Of a stretch of 64,000 bases of DNA, positions 19,574-32,300 are shown piece after piece (position 1 is the first letter of the stretch; every line of letters begins with the position of its first letter). The notes under the pieces are model-generated. The model ran no database searches. It was not told where the DNA came from and was given only the letters and a program-made list of their open reading frames with translations. Source of the stretch: Marsupella aquatica. Lineage: Eukaryota; Plantae; Marchantiophyta. Made by a program: the position numbers and the translations under genes. Location of the stretch: contig OZ316897.1 in assembly GCA_973895155.1 (NCBI GenBank), forward strand, positions 21,365,455 through 21,429,454. Reading direction: 5' to 3'.

Positions 19574-21609
19574 GCCCGATGTGATGTGTGGATCTGCACA
19601 ATTACCTAAGTGAATATTACAAGAAGTTTATGGAGAGGGGCAAGACACAAACAAGAAGAGCGTGTGTGTAGTGTACTTACCGTGAGAGAGCAAAAAGTCC
19701 AAATCAACAGATGTCCTGCCCACCTAAGTTTCACGGAGTACAATAACTTGGCAATGCTTCTTGCGTGCTCTGCACAAAGAGCAAAAAGTTAAACATGGTT
19801 CTTTGAGATAAAATCCAGGGATGGATTTACTCTCTGAAAATTTGTTGACTCACACTGGCTATCTATTTAATTTGTGTTCTATCAAAGTTGTTGAAAATAA
19901 ACAAAGTAGCAGCAATTGAGTTGACAGGCTCAATAGATTGAGAAAATTACAAACATTGGAGTGGAATGGAAGGAAAGCAAAGTGGCTGCAGTCAGGCAGA
20001 CTAAAAACAAATCTATAGAGAAATACTTTGTCCATGTACAAGCATTATTTGTAGATCCACTTTGAACTCTGTACTAAAGAAAAATCCTCATGCCTTTGAC
20101 CTCTCCATACATAGGCTCTGTACCCGAGACTCTGTAAAAACTACTTGGTCCTTGGTGTTCAAACCTAGCATTACATGCTGCTCTACAAATTGGTACTGTC
20201 TTGAGGAGCTCGATGAAACAATAATGCACAGCACTGTACTCAGAGCAGAGACAAGAACCAAACTATGTAACTATTTGATATTCCATGGAGACACAAAGGA
20301 TGCACAGTGCATAGGACCACAAAGCAAGCCAGGCCAGGACCAAAATGCAAATTAGCAGGATTTGTGCACTCTACTGATGGGGACACAATGTCCAATGTAG
20401 GTCCAATGTCCGCCCACGTTGATCGTAGCTCTTGTCGTAGCTCCAATCACTCGCAGTCTCACTGAATGTTGGAAGTCGCTTGCAACTCAGTTAATCGAAC
20501 TAGCAGCTTGCTTGTACCTGAGTTGCTCTGTCCTTCACTCAAACTGAAACTTGCAGGTCCAATGTCTGCCTTGGTAGAATGTAGCACAGCTCTACCTTAG
20601 TTGCAGCTCTGTCGTTCACTGGAAACTGAAAAAAACCTTCCCGTCCTTGCCAGTGTGGAGTGCAGCTCCCACCTTCATACAATCTCACGTCGCACAATAA
20701 TAAACAGTCAAAGCTTACGGAAGAGCAAACGCCGGGTTATATAAGCAAAGTCCGTAAAACTTTAGAGAATGTCTCAAACATTCAACTTGAATGAATTCAT
20801 TTGTGTGGCCGATAGTAGCATTCATTCACTATTGCAACCACTTGCCTTGGTTCTAGCTGAGTGTACAGTCATACTCCCCATCGGGTAGAGCTATGTACAT
20901 ATTCAAAGAGGACAACAAATAAGGGCAATGTAGATCCATACTCTTACCTGATAACCCAAGCTTCAAGGAGCTCAGAGCGGTTTAAATGGCAGCAGGTAAA
21001 GGCGTTTCAGTTGCAGCTTGGCCCTTCACTGAAACTGAAAGAAAGGGATCCCGTCCTCGCCAATGTGGAGCGCAGTTCTCACCTTGCAGCCCATAACACA
21101 ACACACAATGAAAGACAGTCGCAGTCCCTGAGCCTGCTATACAAGGAACTCTCCTGCTGTACAAGCGAGGCACCACAAAATGGACAGAGCTTTGAAGCAA
21201 AACAGAGAGAGAACTCAGAGCAATAACAGTCGATGCCAAAAAGAAAAACGAGGTAGCCAAGGCACAAGTAATATGCCAACTACCACAGCAATGAAATGAA
21301 GCGGCCCCCACCTCGTATCACGTCCAGTGCTCCTCAATTGTTTGCGACTGCTGCTCAGGACCTAATCTTCGTCTGTAGCTCCAACTCCAACACAACCACA
21401 CCTCAAACGGAGCTTCAATGCACCCACTTCATAACCCAATGTTTGATCCTCTACTCAGAAATGGGCTCAAAAATTGTCACCATGACTCGAGCTCATGAAC
21501 TGAATGGTGGCAGTAAGTAAGGGCACCTATGAGGAGTTCCAAGTCCGTAAGGGAACTCACAATGTGATCAAAAATTAGGAGCAGCGGACCTCAGCTCCTT
21601 CACCCTAAA

Positions 21610-21845
21610 ACGCAGCACCGACCTCACAGCGACCTCACAGCAACGATCTCACAGTAGCGACCTTGCAGCAGCGACCTCACAGTAGTGCCCTTGCACCTCA
21701 ACTCACTGCTCAGCACCAAGGTTGCGCGCAGCAGCAACCTCGCACTTCAACTCACCGCTCAGCACCGATCTTGCAGCAGCGACCTCGCACCTCAACTCGC
21801 AGCAGTGACCTCGCACCTCCACTCGCTGCTCAACTTCACGAGAAT
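21610..21845. repeat. Degenerate short tandem repeat (GCAGCAGCGACCTCGCACCTCAACTC-like)
   Basis: Repeated GACCTC(G/A)CA and CAACTC units. Confidence 0.7.
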
Positions 21846-22549
21846 ACCTTAACTCCCAACGTGAACTTGTGACTTGTGTGACCGGTGTGACTGAACGGGC
21901 AACCCTAAACCCAGGTCTGAATTTCTTATGGGAAATGGGATCCAATGTGGCCGGGCATTGTTTCGTGGGATCCAAGGAAGATAGGGCCGGGGCATGACAA
22001 GATGACACATGGTCAGCAAATAAGGCTTTGGGACGGCAACGGGAATTTTACTGGGATGTTGAGGGTAGTAATGGAGTCAATCTCCAGGTTCCATAATACC
22101 CCTCTAACATTGTTATCCCCTCGCCAATCAATTTTAGGAGATGGAGGAAGTTTGGGGCCAAATGCTTTTTTGATGACACAAATACTTGTCACAAGTATGT
22201 ATTACCATCTACAATAACCAGAGACTCAAAAACTTAATTTACTGGTGGCCTTTGAAACCCATTGATGTGGAAACCTAGGTGCCAAAATTCCCAAATAGTA
22301 TATAACACAAAATAAATTACAAACATATGCGCGCATAGGTTTAGGATGTACATCCTCATTGACCCACCAAATGACGTCACAATTACCTAAGTGAGGAAGT
22401 CATTTGGTGGACATTCTCATAAAATTAGTCACTCACATATTAAATGACTAATCTCATAGTCCTCACTCCTAGGATTGACAACATAAATGACTTGTTTTCA
22501 TGTCATTGCCCAAAACCTAAACTTACGGCACTCCATAATTGCCAAATGC

Positions 22550-25210
22550 AATACATTCTTTGTGGGAAGCATCCTTAATGGTGGGTTCCTATTACCAATA
22601 TGGCCAATCAGCGTCCAAGCCCCCAAAGAGTCATATTGTCCATGGCATGCGTGACTGCCGCATTGACATCAACAATGACTCATTTTCATGTCAAATGCAT
22701 AAATGACGTATTATAGGACTCCACAAATGACCAAAAAGTGCACTCACTTTGAAAATGACTCGGAATCCCTTGGGAATGACCAAATGGGAGTGATATGGAC
22801 CACTTTAGGTAAATGACTACTGAGTCGTACAACGTGGGAGTGTTTTGCCCAAAGAATCTCATAGTCCTTCCTTGGTGCAAAAGTTGGCTACAAAAAACCT
22901 TTAGGAGACAAAGTGGCATAACTAGTGGTCGAGGGTTGAAGAATATCCTATCCCGCACCATGTGGAGTGGGTAGCATCCCTAATGGCCGGCTACAATCAC
23001 AAATATTGTCAATCAGCCCCCAAAGGCCCAAACAAGTCATATTACCCATGGCATGCATGACTGTAACATTGACATCATGAATGACTGAGTTTTGTGTCAT
23101 TTGCACGAATGACGTCTCTCGGCACTCCCAAAATGACAAAAATCCTTAGTCATGCGCACAAATGACTCTAAATCCTTTCCAAATGACCAAGCAATAGTGG
23201 TTTGCACCCCTTTGGGCAAATGACTCCAAAGTCATACAACTTGGGAGTGTTTTGTCCAAAGTTGGGTGATGCTCTTCCAAGGTGCAAAATGTGTGTTTTA
23301 AAAAGCTTTGTGGAGGCCAAGTGGTATAACTAGTGGCCCAGGGTTGTCGAGTACCCTATACCACACCATGTGGAGTGGGTAGCATCCCTAATGGTGGGCT
23401 ACAATCGTGGATATGGCCAATCGACCCCCGGAGGCCCCAAAGAGTCATATTGTCCATGGCATGCATGACTGCAACATTGACATCATGAATGACTGAGTTT
23501 TGTGTCATTTACATGAATGACGTCTCCCAACACTCCCTAAATGACACAAACCCTTAGTCACGTGCACAAATGACTCAAGATCCCTTGCAAATGACCAAAT
23601 TAGAATGATTTGCACCCCTTTGGGCAAATGACTCCAAAGTCATACAACTTGGGAGTGTTTTGCCCAAAGTTGGGTGATGCCCTTCCATGATGTAAAATGT
23701 GTGCTTAAAAAAGTGTTGTGGAGGCCAAGTGGCATAACTAGTGGCTCAGGGTGTACAAGTACCCCATTCCGCACCATGTGGAGTGGGTAGCATCCCTAAT
23801 GGCCAGCTGCGATCACAGATATTGCGAATAAGCCCCCAAAGGCCCCAAGGAGTCATATTGTCCATGGCATGCTTGACTGCCGCCTTGACATCATCAATGA
23901 CTCATATTTGTGTCATTTACTTAAATGACACCCCTCGGCACTCCACAAATGACAAAAACCTTTAGTCAGACGCACAAATGACTCAAGATCCCTTGCAAAT
24001 GACCAAATTAGAATGATTTGCACCCCTTTAGGCAAATGACTCCAAAGTCATACAACTTGGGAGTGTTTTGCCCAAAGTTGGGCCATGCCCTTCCATGATG
24101 CAAAATGTGTGTTTTAAAAAGTGTTGTGGAGGCCAAGTGGCATAACTAGTGGCTCAGGGTGTACAAGTACCCCATCCCGCACCATGTGGAGTGGGTAGCA
24201 TCCCTAATGGCCGGCTACAATCACGTATATTGCGAATAAACCCCCAAAGGCCCCAAGGAGTCATATTGTCCATGGCATGCTTGACTGCCGCCTTGACATC
24301 ATCAATGACTTATTTTTGTGTCATTTGCTTAAATGACACCCCTCGGCACTCCACAAATGACAAAAACCTTTAGTCAAGCGCACAAATGACTCTATATCCC
24401 TTGCAAATGACAAAATGCGAGTGGTTTGCACCCCTTTGGGCGAATGACTCCAAAGTCATACAACTTGGGAGTATTTTGCCCAAAGTTGGGCCATGCCCTT
24501 CCAAGGTGAAAAAGTTGGGTCATAAAAACTATTGCGAGGCCAAATTGAGATAACTAGTGGCCCAGAGTTTAGGTGTACCCTACCCCGCACCATGTGGAGT
24601 GGGTAGCATCCCTAATGGTGGGCTACAATCATGGATATGGCCAATCGACCCCCGGAGGCCCCAAAGAGCCATATTGTCCATGGCATGCATGACTGCAATA
24701 GTGACATCATGAATGACCTATTTTTGTGTCATTTGCATGAATGACGTCTCCCAACACTCCCTAAATGACACAAACCCTTAGTCACATGCACAAATGACTC
24801 TAGATCCCTTGCCAATGACTCACAATAGTGGTTTACACCCCTTTGGGCAAATGACTCCAAAGTCATACAACTTGGGAGTGTTTTGCCCAAAGTTGGGTGA
24901 TGCCCTTCCATGATGCAAAATGTGTATTTTAAAAAGTGTTGTGGAGGCCAAATGGTATAACCAGTGGCCTAGGGTTGTCAAGTACCCTATCCTGCACCAT
25001 GTGAAGTGGGTATCATCCTTAATGGCCGGCCCCTATCACCAATGGGGTCAATCAGCCACCAAAGGCTCTTAAGAGTCATATTCTGCATGGCATACATGAC
25101 CACAACATTGACATCCCAAATGACATTTGCATAAATGACATCTAGCGGCACTTGTCAAATGACTAGAAAGTTGAGTGAGAGCAAAAATGATTGGGAATCC
25201 TTTGCAAATA
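22550..25210. repeat. 408-bp tandem array, ~6.5 units, rich in AAATGAC/GTCATT motifs
   Basis: Anchor CACCA-TGTG(G/A)AGTGGGT recurs at 22961, 23369, 23777, 24185, 24593 and 25000, with a degenerate unit near 22561. Confidence 0.95.
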
Positions 25211-25649
25211 ACATGAATAATATATTGAAAAAAATGACATGAGCAAATATAGGCATGTAGTACCTAAATTCTAAACCTTAAACCCTAGACCTATGCTCGA
25301 GAGTGTTATTTGGCAACCTTGCATGCCCCCATATATACTCCAACATGTGAAATGTGAATACATCTTAAGGAATGTAAACACTTCAGGAGTCCTTGACATA
25401 TATAGGAAAGATGTAATAAATGGGTGCAAGTATATATAAATGTACATACTTATTAGAGATTATCAAGCCTTTAAGTTGTACATCAATTTAATGATGTGAC
25501 TCACAACAAAAGAAGGCTTGTTAGGTCTCTAAATGTATTTCAAATCTAATATGTGAGTGCCACTGGTCTTTATATATACTACCATACATTTTGGATGACT
25601 AATCATACCCTAAACCCTAAAATATATACTAAACCATAAACCTCAAAAT

Positions 25650-26052
25650 AGTCATATGTTGTTTATCATGTCATTTATCACTTTTGGTTTAAATGACTAC
25701 TAATATTTTTAAACACTGATATTTGCATATTTGATTTATTAGTCATTAGTCACCGTCGTCTGAAATGACTTCCCATATGTGAAACACTGATATGACAGAG
25801 TTTTTGTTAATTGTGTCATTCACAAAGACTGTCCAAAATGACTACAACTCATGATTGTTGTCATTATAGCAGTCAAAGTCATTTGGCTCATTGGTTTAAA
25901 TGACACTATTGCAAGTATTAGTCATTTTTTGCTCCACGTGATTTTGGACAGTCATTTCAATGTCATTTATGTTATGTCATTTACATATTTTGTCATTTGA
26001 GCACATAAGTCATATGTGTCATAGTCATAAAAGGCCCCATTTTCTACTAGTG
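25650..26052. mobile_element. One end of a CACTA (En/Spm) DNA transposon: TIR and subterminal repeats
   Basis: TTTTCTACTAGTG at 26040-26052 (reverse complement CACTAGTAGAAAA) follows dense ATGAC/GTCAT motifs in both orientations. Sequence switches abruptly to Copia pol at 26053. Other end and transposase not found in the window. Confidence 0.8.
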
Positions 26053-28276
26053 ATGGTCAATAGGCAGACTCATCTAAGCTAAATGATGTTGACATTGCAC
26101 CTGATGAAGATAATATATGGCTTTGATCTTGGAAGAAGAAGAGCCTTCTTCGTATAATGAGGCTTGTGCTTCAGAGCGGAAGCATGAGTAGAATGTAGCA
26201 ATGCAAAGGGAGTTGCAATATTTGAATGACAACAAGACATGGGAGCTGGTGGAGCTTCCAAGAGGTCAGCAAGTGGTGGACAACAAGTGGATTTACAAGT
26301 TGAAGGACAGTCCTTCAAAGGGTGGAGATAAGATCTACAAGGCAAGGCTTGTTACCAAGGGATTCACTCAGGAGAAAGGAGTGGATTACAATGAGGTCTT
26401 TTCACCGATGGCTAAGTATTCCACAATTTAGATCTTGTGTCAGCTTGTTGTGTTTTTTGGTCTGGTGATGGATCAGATGGATGTTGTTCCCGATGTTGTT
26501 ACTACTTTTCTCTATGGCAACTTGGAAGAGATGATCTTCATGAGACAGCCAATAGACTTTATGAAGAAGGGCCAAGAGAACTTAGTTTGCAGATTGCTCA
26601 AATCCTTGTATGGATTGAAGCAATCTCCCAGACAGTGGAACAAGCGGTTTGATGATTTCATGCTTGCTCAAGGTTTTACAATGATGGTGTATGATCCTTG
26701 TGTGTATACGACTCAGTCAAGAATGATGTATTTGGTTTCACATTATGGTTATCTATGTGACATGCTAATTGTGGCTAAAGATCAATCTGAGGTTGACAAA
26801 CTCAAGGCAAAATTGAGTTCTGAATTCAGGATGAAGGATCTTGGTAAGGCCAAGAGAATCTTAGGGATGGAGATTTTTAGGAACTCTGATACTGGACAGT
26901 TGTGCTTGAGTCAAGGCCAGTATGCGAGGAAAGTACTTGCACGATTCAACATGGAAAACTGTAAGCCAATGAGTATTCCTTTAGCTTCACATTTCAAGTT
27001 ATCATTGACTTTCTCTCCTACGGATGCTGTGGAGAAAGGTCTGATGGCTAAGATTCCTTATGAGAAGGCAGTAGGCAGTCTGATGTATTTGATGACTTGT
27101 ACTAGGCCTAACTTGGCCCTAGCGATGGGCAAGGTCAGTAGATTCATGTCAAATCCAGGGAAGGTACATTGGGAAGCTATGAATGGATTCTTAGGTATCT
27201 GAAGGGTACATAGGACTATGGATTATTATTTGATGCCAGATCAGATAGAACGTTAGTTGACTATGTAGATTCTGACTATGGAGGCTGTTTGGACACAAGG
27301 AGGTCTACAACTGGGTATGTATTTACGGTTGGAGGAGGATGTATCAATTGGAAATCTACCTTGCAGAAGTGTATATCTCAGTCTACTACAGAAGCAAAGT
27401 ATGTTGCAGTAGCAAAAGCATCAAAGGAAGCAATTTGGTTGGACAAGTTGATCGCGAAGATGGGTTTAGAGCATGGCAAAATGTCTCTAAACTATGATAG
27501 TCAGAGTGCTCTTCACTTGGCTGCTAACCAGATGATGGATAACAGGGTGAAGCACATTGATATCAGGTACCATTTTATCAGGCAAACAATGTCTGATAAA
27601 ACTTTTGAGCTAGTCAAGATTGATGGAAAGCTCAATCCCATTGATTCCTTTACCAAAGTGATTCCTTTGGAGAGTTTCTCAAGACGCCGTGCTACTTTGC
27701 AGGTTTTGCAGTTGTAGTGCAAGTAGAGTTATTTAGCAATGTGTGACTATTTGTATATGGATTACTTATTCCAGTTTGGCTACGGCTTAGTTCTAGTTAA
27801 CCTTTAGTTAGCCTTTGTGGTTTTTAGGGGGAGACCTGTCTAGGTGATTGTCTAGAACTTCCCGCTGAGGATTCCATATGGTAGCATTTAGTCCAGTCCC
27901 CAAGACAAGAGTCAAGGGGGAGTTTCTTAGATATTGCTCTAGTCTTGTGACTCATGAGCTAACCACAATTAGTCTAACTCGGGTTAGGACTTAGCTAATG
28001 TTAGCGGTAGACAGTGTTGTTGTGAATATAGCCAGGGCTGATGCCAGACCCTGGTGGAACTTAGGCTCAAATGTTGTTACGGAGCTAGTTGAGAGATAGG
28101 GAGAGCTTGTGCTGTGGATGCTTGGTATGGCCATTTGGCCTAGAGTGCAGTAAAACTCTTGTGTGTTCCCGTGGACGTAACCTCATGTGGAGGTGAATCA
28201 CGTATCTCTTTGTGTTCACTCTTGTACGTTGGATGGTTCATGGGCTTGCAGTTGCGAATGTCGTCTATGCTCAACA
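26053..28276 (+). mobile_element. 3' part of a degraded Ty1/copia element (RT, RNase H, PPT, 3' LTR)
   Basis: Motifs NKTWELV, YKARLVTKGFTQ, KSLYGLKQSPRQW, RRSTTGYVF and KHIDIRYHFIR with stops and frameshifts. PPT AAGGGGGAG at 27914-27922. Confidence 0.93.
27925..28276 (+). mobile_element. Copia 3' LTR (~352 bp)
   Basis: Follows the PPT, runs TCTTAG (probably mutated TGTTAG) to CTCAACA, and is homologous to the solo LTR at 43927-44643. Confidence 0.75.
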
Positions 28277-29328
28277 CCAAGCCCTCCCACGGCCGAGCCT
28301 TCCTCCCATTGCTGTTGATGCTGTCAGGCCTGACACATGCCCTCCTCCTTGAAAGGACAAGGTGGTCCAAGGTGGTCCTCGCCCTGCCATAAGTTCCCAA
28401 CTGAATGGCCCTGGGTCCAGGCATCCTGATGTTGGGCCAAGATTCTTTGGGCTTGACACCCTCTAGGCTTCAATGCACCCCAACTCCCACCATTCTTGCC
28501 CTCCTTACCCCGACTCCCCTCCTTGCCCCAATGCCCACAGTTCAGGGCTCTCTGCCATTGGGGCCTTGGCTCCTGCCGCATTCCCACACCATGCATATGT
28601 GCCAACTGCGGTATAAGAACATATCCTCCTAATATGTGCATTTTATGTATGTTATCTTTATCATGTTTGCCTCCCCTGATATCTTTTCTTGCATGAGTGA
28701 CATCTAGTGTACCTTTGCCTCACCTTGACATCTTTCACCTTGCACCTTTTTGATTCTCTCCTTGATATATTTAATTCACCTTGACATCTTTGTCTCACTT
28801 GGACAGCTTTTTCACTCCTCACCCTTTTTACTCCTTTACATGTTTACTGGCAAGGCACAGGCATGGGGCTACGGTAGTCATCTATATTAATATTAAAAGT
28901 GTCGGCATTCTGGGTAGTGCCCTCTAAACAGGGCTTTAGTGTACACAAATACAAACGCAGTCAAGTGATGGCTTTACCTTACACCAACATAGGGTGGTTT
29001 AAAAAAACCCATACGGCGCAATCGTCTCTTTGGATACTCTCAAGTGTTCAAACTACAGCGGCTATGTGGAAAACGAACACTCCCTGAAGCCAACCCAATG
29101 CAAACTAAGGAAATGCCAAGGGAGCTCGTTCAACTTTGAAGTTGTTGAGCACCTCCTTCAATTTTGTTTTGGGAAATGAACAATGCGGTAGAGAGTCAGC
29201 GAGCGGAGCGAGTGAGAGAGAGAAACAGTAGCTGCACCCAGTAACTACAGGGAAATCGCACTGGGCAGGCGGCGGGTGACGATGCTCATGGCTTGAATGG
29301 TGAATGCACTAGAAGAGCGAGGGCGAGA

Positions 29329-32300
29329 ATGAGAAAGCAAATCACACGCCTGTCCCCTGCTGTCGTCAGCCAGCTCAGGTCCAGCACGATTCTCTCCAAT
29401 GTGGCTCAAATAGCAGAGGAGCTCGTCTGCAACAGCTTGGACGCGGGCGCCACGAAGGTGAGAATCGCTTCCTTCCGAGCATCTGGTCGTGATCTTGTAT
29501 GAATTCTATTGGGTGCCTTCTTCGGATTGCTTTTCTGTGTAGGCTTCGGAATTGTGAAGGCCTTATGAAATTCATCACAGCCCGCAATGGAGAAACCCTC
29601 ATCCTCTGCCCCTTGATTGGATCCCACATCCTTCTCTGCAAGATGTGTTACATTCTCCCTTGTAGGCCACGAAATTATTCCACAGCTGGGACTTGAGGGT
29701 ATATATCTAGGTGTAATTGTGAGCTGTGATGAGAAGTTCTGTGGGTGTTTGTCATTTGACGTAGTCTATCCAATTTCGGATGTGATGGGAAGTTCAGTGG
29801 GAGGTGATAATTGATGTTTATCTTTCCAATTTCAGATAGAAATCGCCGTCGATGGAGAGGCTTGTCACATGAAGGTGGACGACGATGGTGAGATTCTTTT
29901 TCACATTCTGGCTTTCTTTTCTGTTGGCCCAGTAACAGATTTCTCGCCAGAACGGTTCGAGTCAGTTCGAATCGGACTGATCACAGTGAGGTGGGTCTGC
30001 ATTGCGTACAGGTTGGGGAATCAGCCGGGAAGACTTGACGCTGGTGGGGGATAGACATGGTAAAATTGTTTTCGGAATGGTGACTGAGAACCAAATTGGC
30101 TATGAAAATCCTGTTTCTAGTCAATCTTCTAATCGAGCTGACCTGGTGGTTAAGTTTGCTTCGTGGGCTTTATCGACGTTTTCTTTTCTAACATGCTAAT
30201 AAAACGGCACATCTCATCGTGGAAAATATTCCAACCCTTGTTGCACGTTGCTTTCTCCCTCCCTCCATGCAAGCTGCTAACTAGGAATTCATTAGTGCCG
30301 AGTGGAGCTTGTGATGTGGTGTTGACATGTTGTTTTCGTCGAATTTTCAAAAGCAACTTCGAAACTCCACTGCCTGGATGAACTTGAAGGAGGGGTTGCG
30401 ACCCTTGGATTTCGGGGAGAGGCTTTGAGTTCACTCTCGAATGTTTCTCTTGTCGAGATCACGTCACGATGTCGAAGGATGCCAAACACTTATCGCAAAA
30501 CCCTGAAGGTGGGATGTGTCAAGTGTTGGTTTCCATTTCCGGTGCAGCACTTAGTGGGTTGGCCCGTAAAAGGCTTCGTCCCTTTTGGCGATAATGTGTT
30601 GGTAGACAGGATTTCCCAGTGCCGGAGTTTCATGCCTGACAAGTTTTCCACTCTATTTTTGGCCCAGGGTGGTGCAACACTTTCGATAGGACTGAGTAGC
30701 GAGCAACGCACTCATGGAACCACGGGTACATCCACTCGCAAAACTTCTCACAGCTTTATCGGATTTGAAGTATCTCTCTTGAATTTTATGGAAGCACCGA
30801 CAAGGGTTTATGGATCGATAATGTCAGTAGGATTGTTCTCGAGATCTTGTCTAGACCCTGCCAACTTCAATTCGATCCTATCCAATTTCATTGGAGCAGA
30901 ATTGTCGCTGTGGAGATGTGAAGATCAATAGACAGCCAGCTCAATATGTATCACAATTTTCTTGCTTTGATCAGTCATAATATTGCTCACAGTAAACTCC
31001 GTCCACATACATACACCAGGTCAGCTAGTGTGTTGATTTAGTTGTCAAAGTGATGACTGGGAACGAATGGGAATTGAACAATAGATGACGCTTAGAGTCA
31101 CACTTCTCAAATTTATTTCTTGAAATTTCCTCGTTTAAAGCTAGAATGAACCAAAAAAAACAATGACTAAGTCTATGGCCGGCATTTGCTTTGCTTGCAG
31201 TGGTTGTAAAGGATATGTTCTACAATCAGCCTGTTCGAAGGAGATTGCTGAATTCAAGGTATTTAATTTTTTGACTTCTTAGAAAGTGACCCTGGAGGCA
31301 ATTCACGAAAAGTTTTATTTTATTTTCTTTTCGTTTTGTACAAAAACCTATTGCTTCTGGTCGATAGCTACTGGTTCTGAGTGCAGCTGGTTATGCTATT
31401 CTTAGTTTACCGAATTTTGTAATACAAGTCACTTTCTTACTTAATGTTCCTGTTCCTCCACAGCCAAAGGAAGATATTGCAGTCTGTGAAGGAATGTGTT
31501 ATGCGTTACGTCCTCATTCATCCACAGGTTTCCTTCACTGTCAAAGATCTCGCAAGGTAAGGGAATATCGTCTGTTTACTAATATTGGAGTCTGTCCAAG
31601 GAAAAGATCACAATTGAAGTTAGGCTTTGTATGTTGGAAATGCTAAAATATTTTCCTTGACTCCGCAGGAAAGAAATTATATTGCACACCAATAGCTCAG
31701 CAACGTTGAATAGCACACTTTGCAATATATTTGGAGCGGACGTGTTCAGCAAGTTGCACGATATTGATTATGCACAAGGTCACCTTCGACTGACTGGATT
31801 TTTGTCTAAGGCATATCATTCACATCCCTCCAAGGTTAGCCGCTCCTGTTCTGACCGTTTTTAGGGATGATAAATTATGCATTCGTTGTGGTGTCTTTCC
31901 TCCAATATTTCTGCCCGTCTTGTCTGTTCGGTCTGATCGGATTCGCTGTGTGGGTGAATTGCAGGCTTTGCAGTACTTGTGTATCCTTGCCCTTCAAGAC
32001 AGTTTGATAATATTCGCCTTTTTGGAAAGTAGCCTACGTCTAATTTAATAACGGGTGAGGTTTGACGCACAGACCCGGAAAGCTTTTTGTATGGCAGTTC
32101 GTGATGTCAGATTGATCCTTGACTATGATCAGACATCAATCGTCGTTACGTCCTTAAAACTGCCCTTAACAAATTGATAAACTCCTATGACGGAAAGAGC
32201 AAAGACTCTCCGGGACGAATTAATATTCAGGAGCGGGGAGCAAGGGGAGAAGTCACATCAGGCAGACACCTTTGTCCAGTATTTGTATTAAATCTGACTT

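Noticed and set aside
23741-24373. Repeated 74-aa ORFs in the 408-bp array
   Set aside because: They have GTG starts, are not kept open in the other units and show no recognisable domain.
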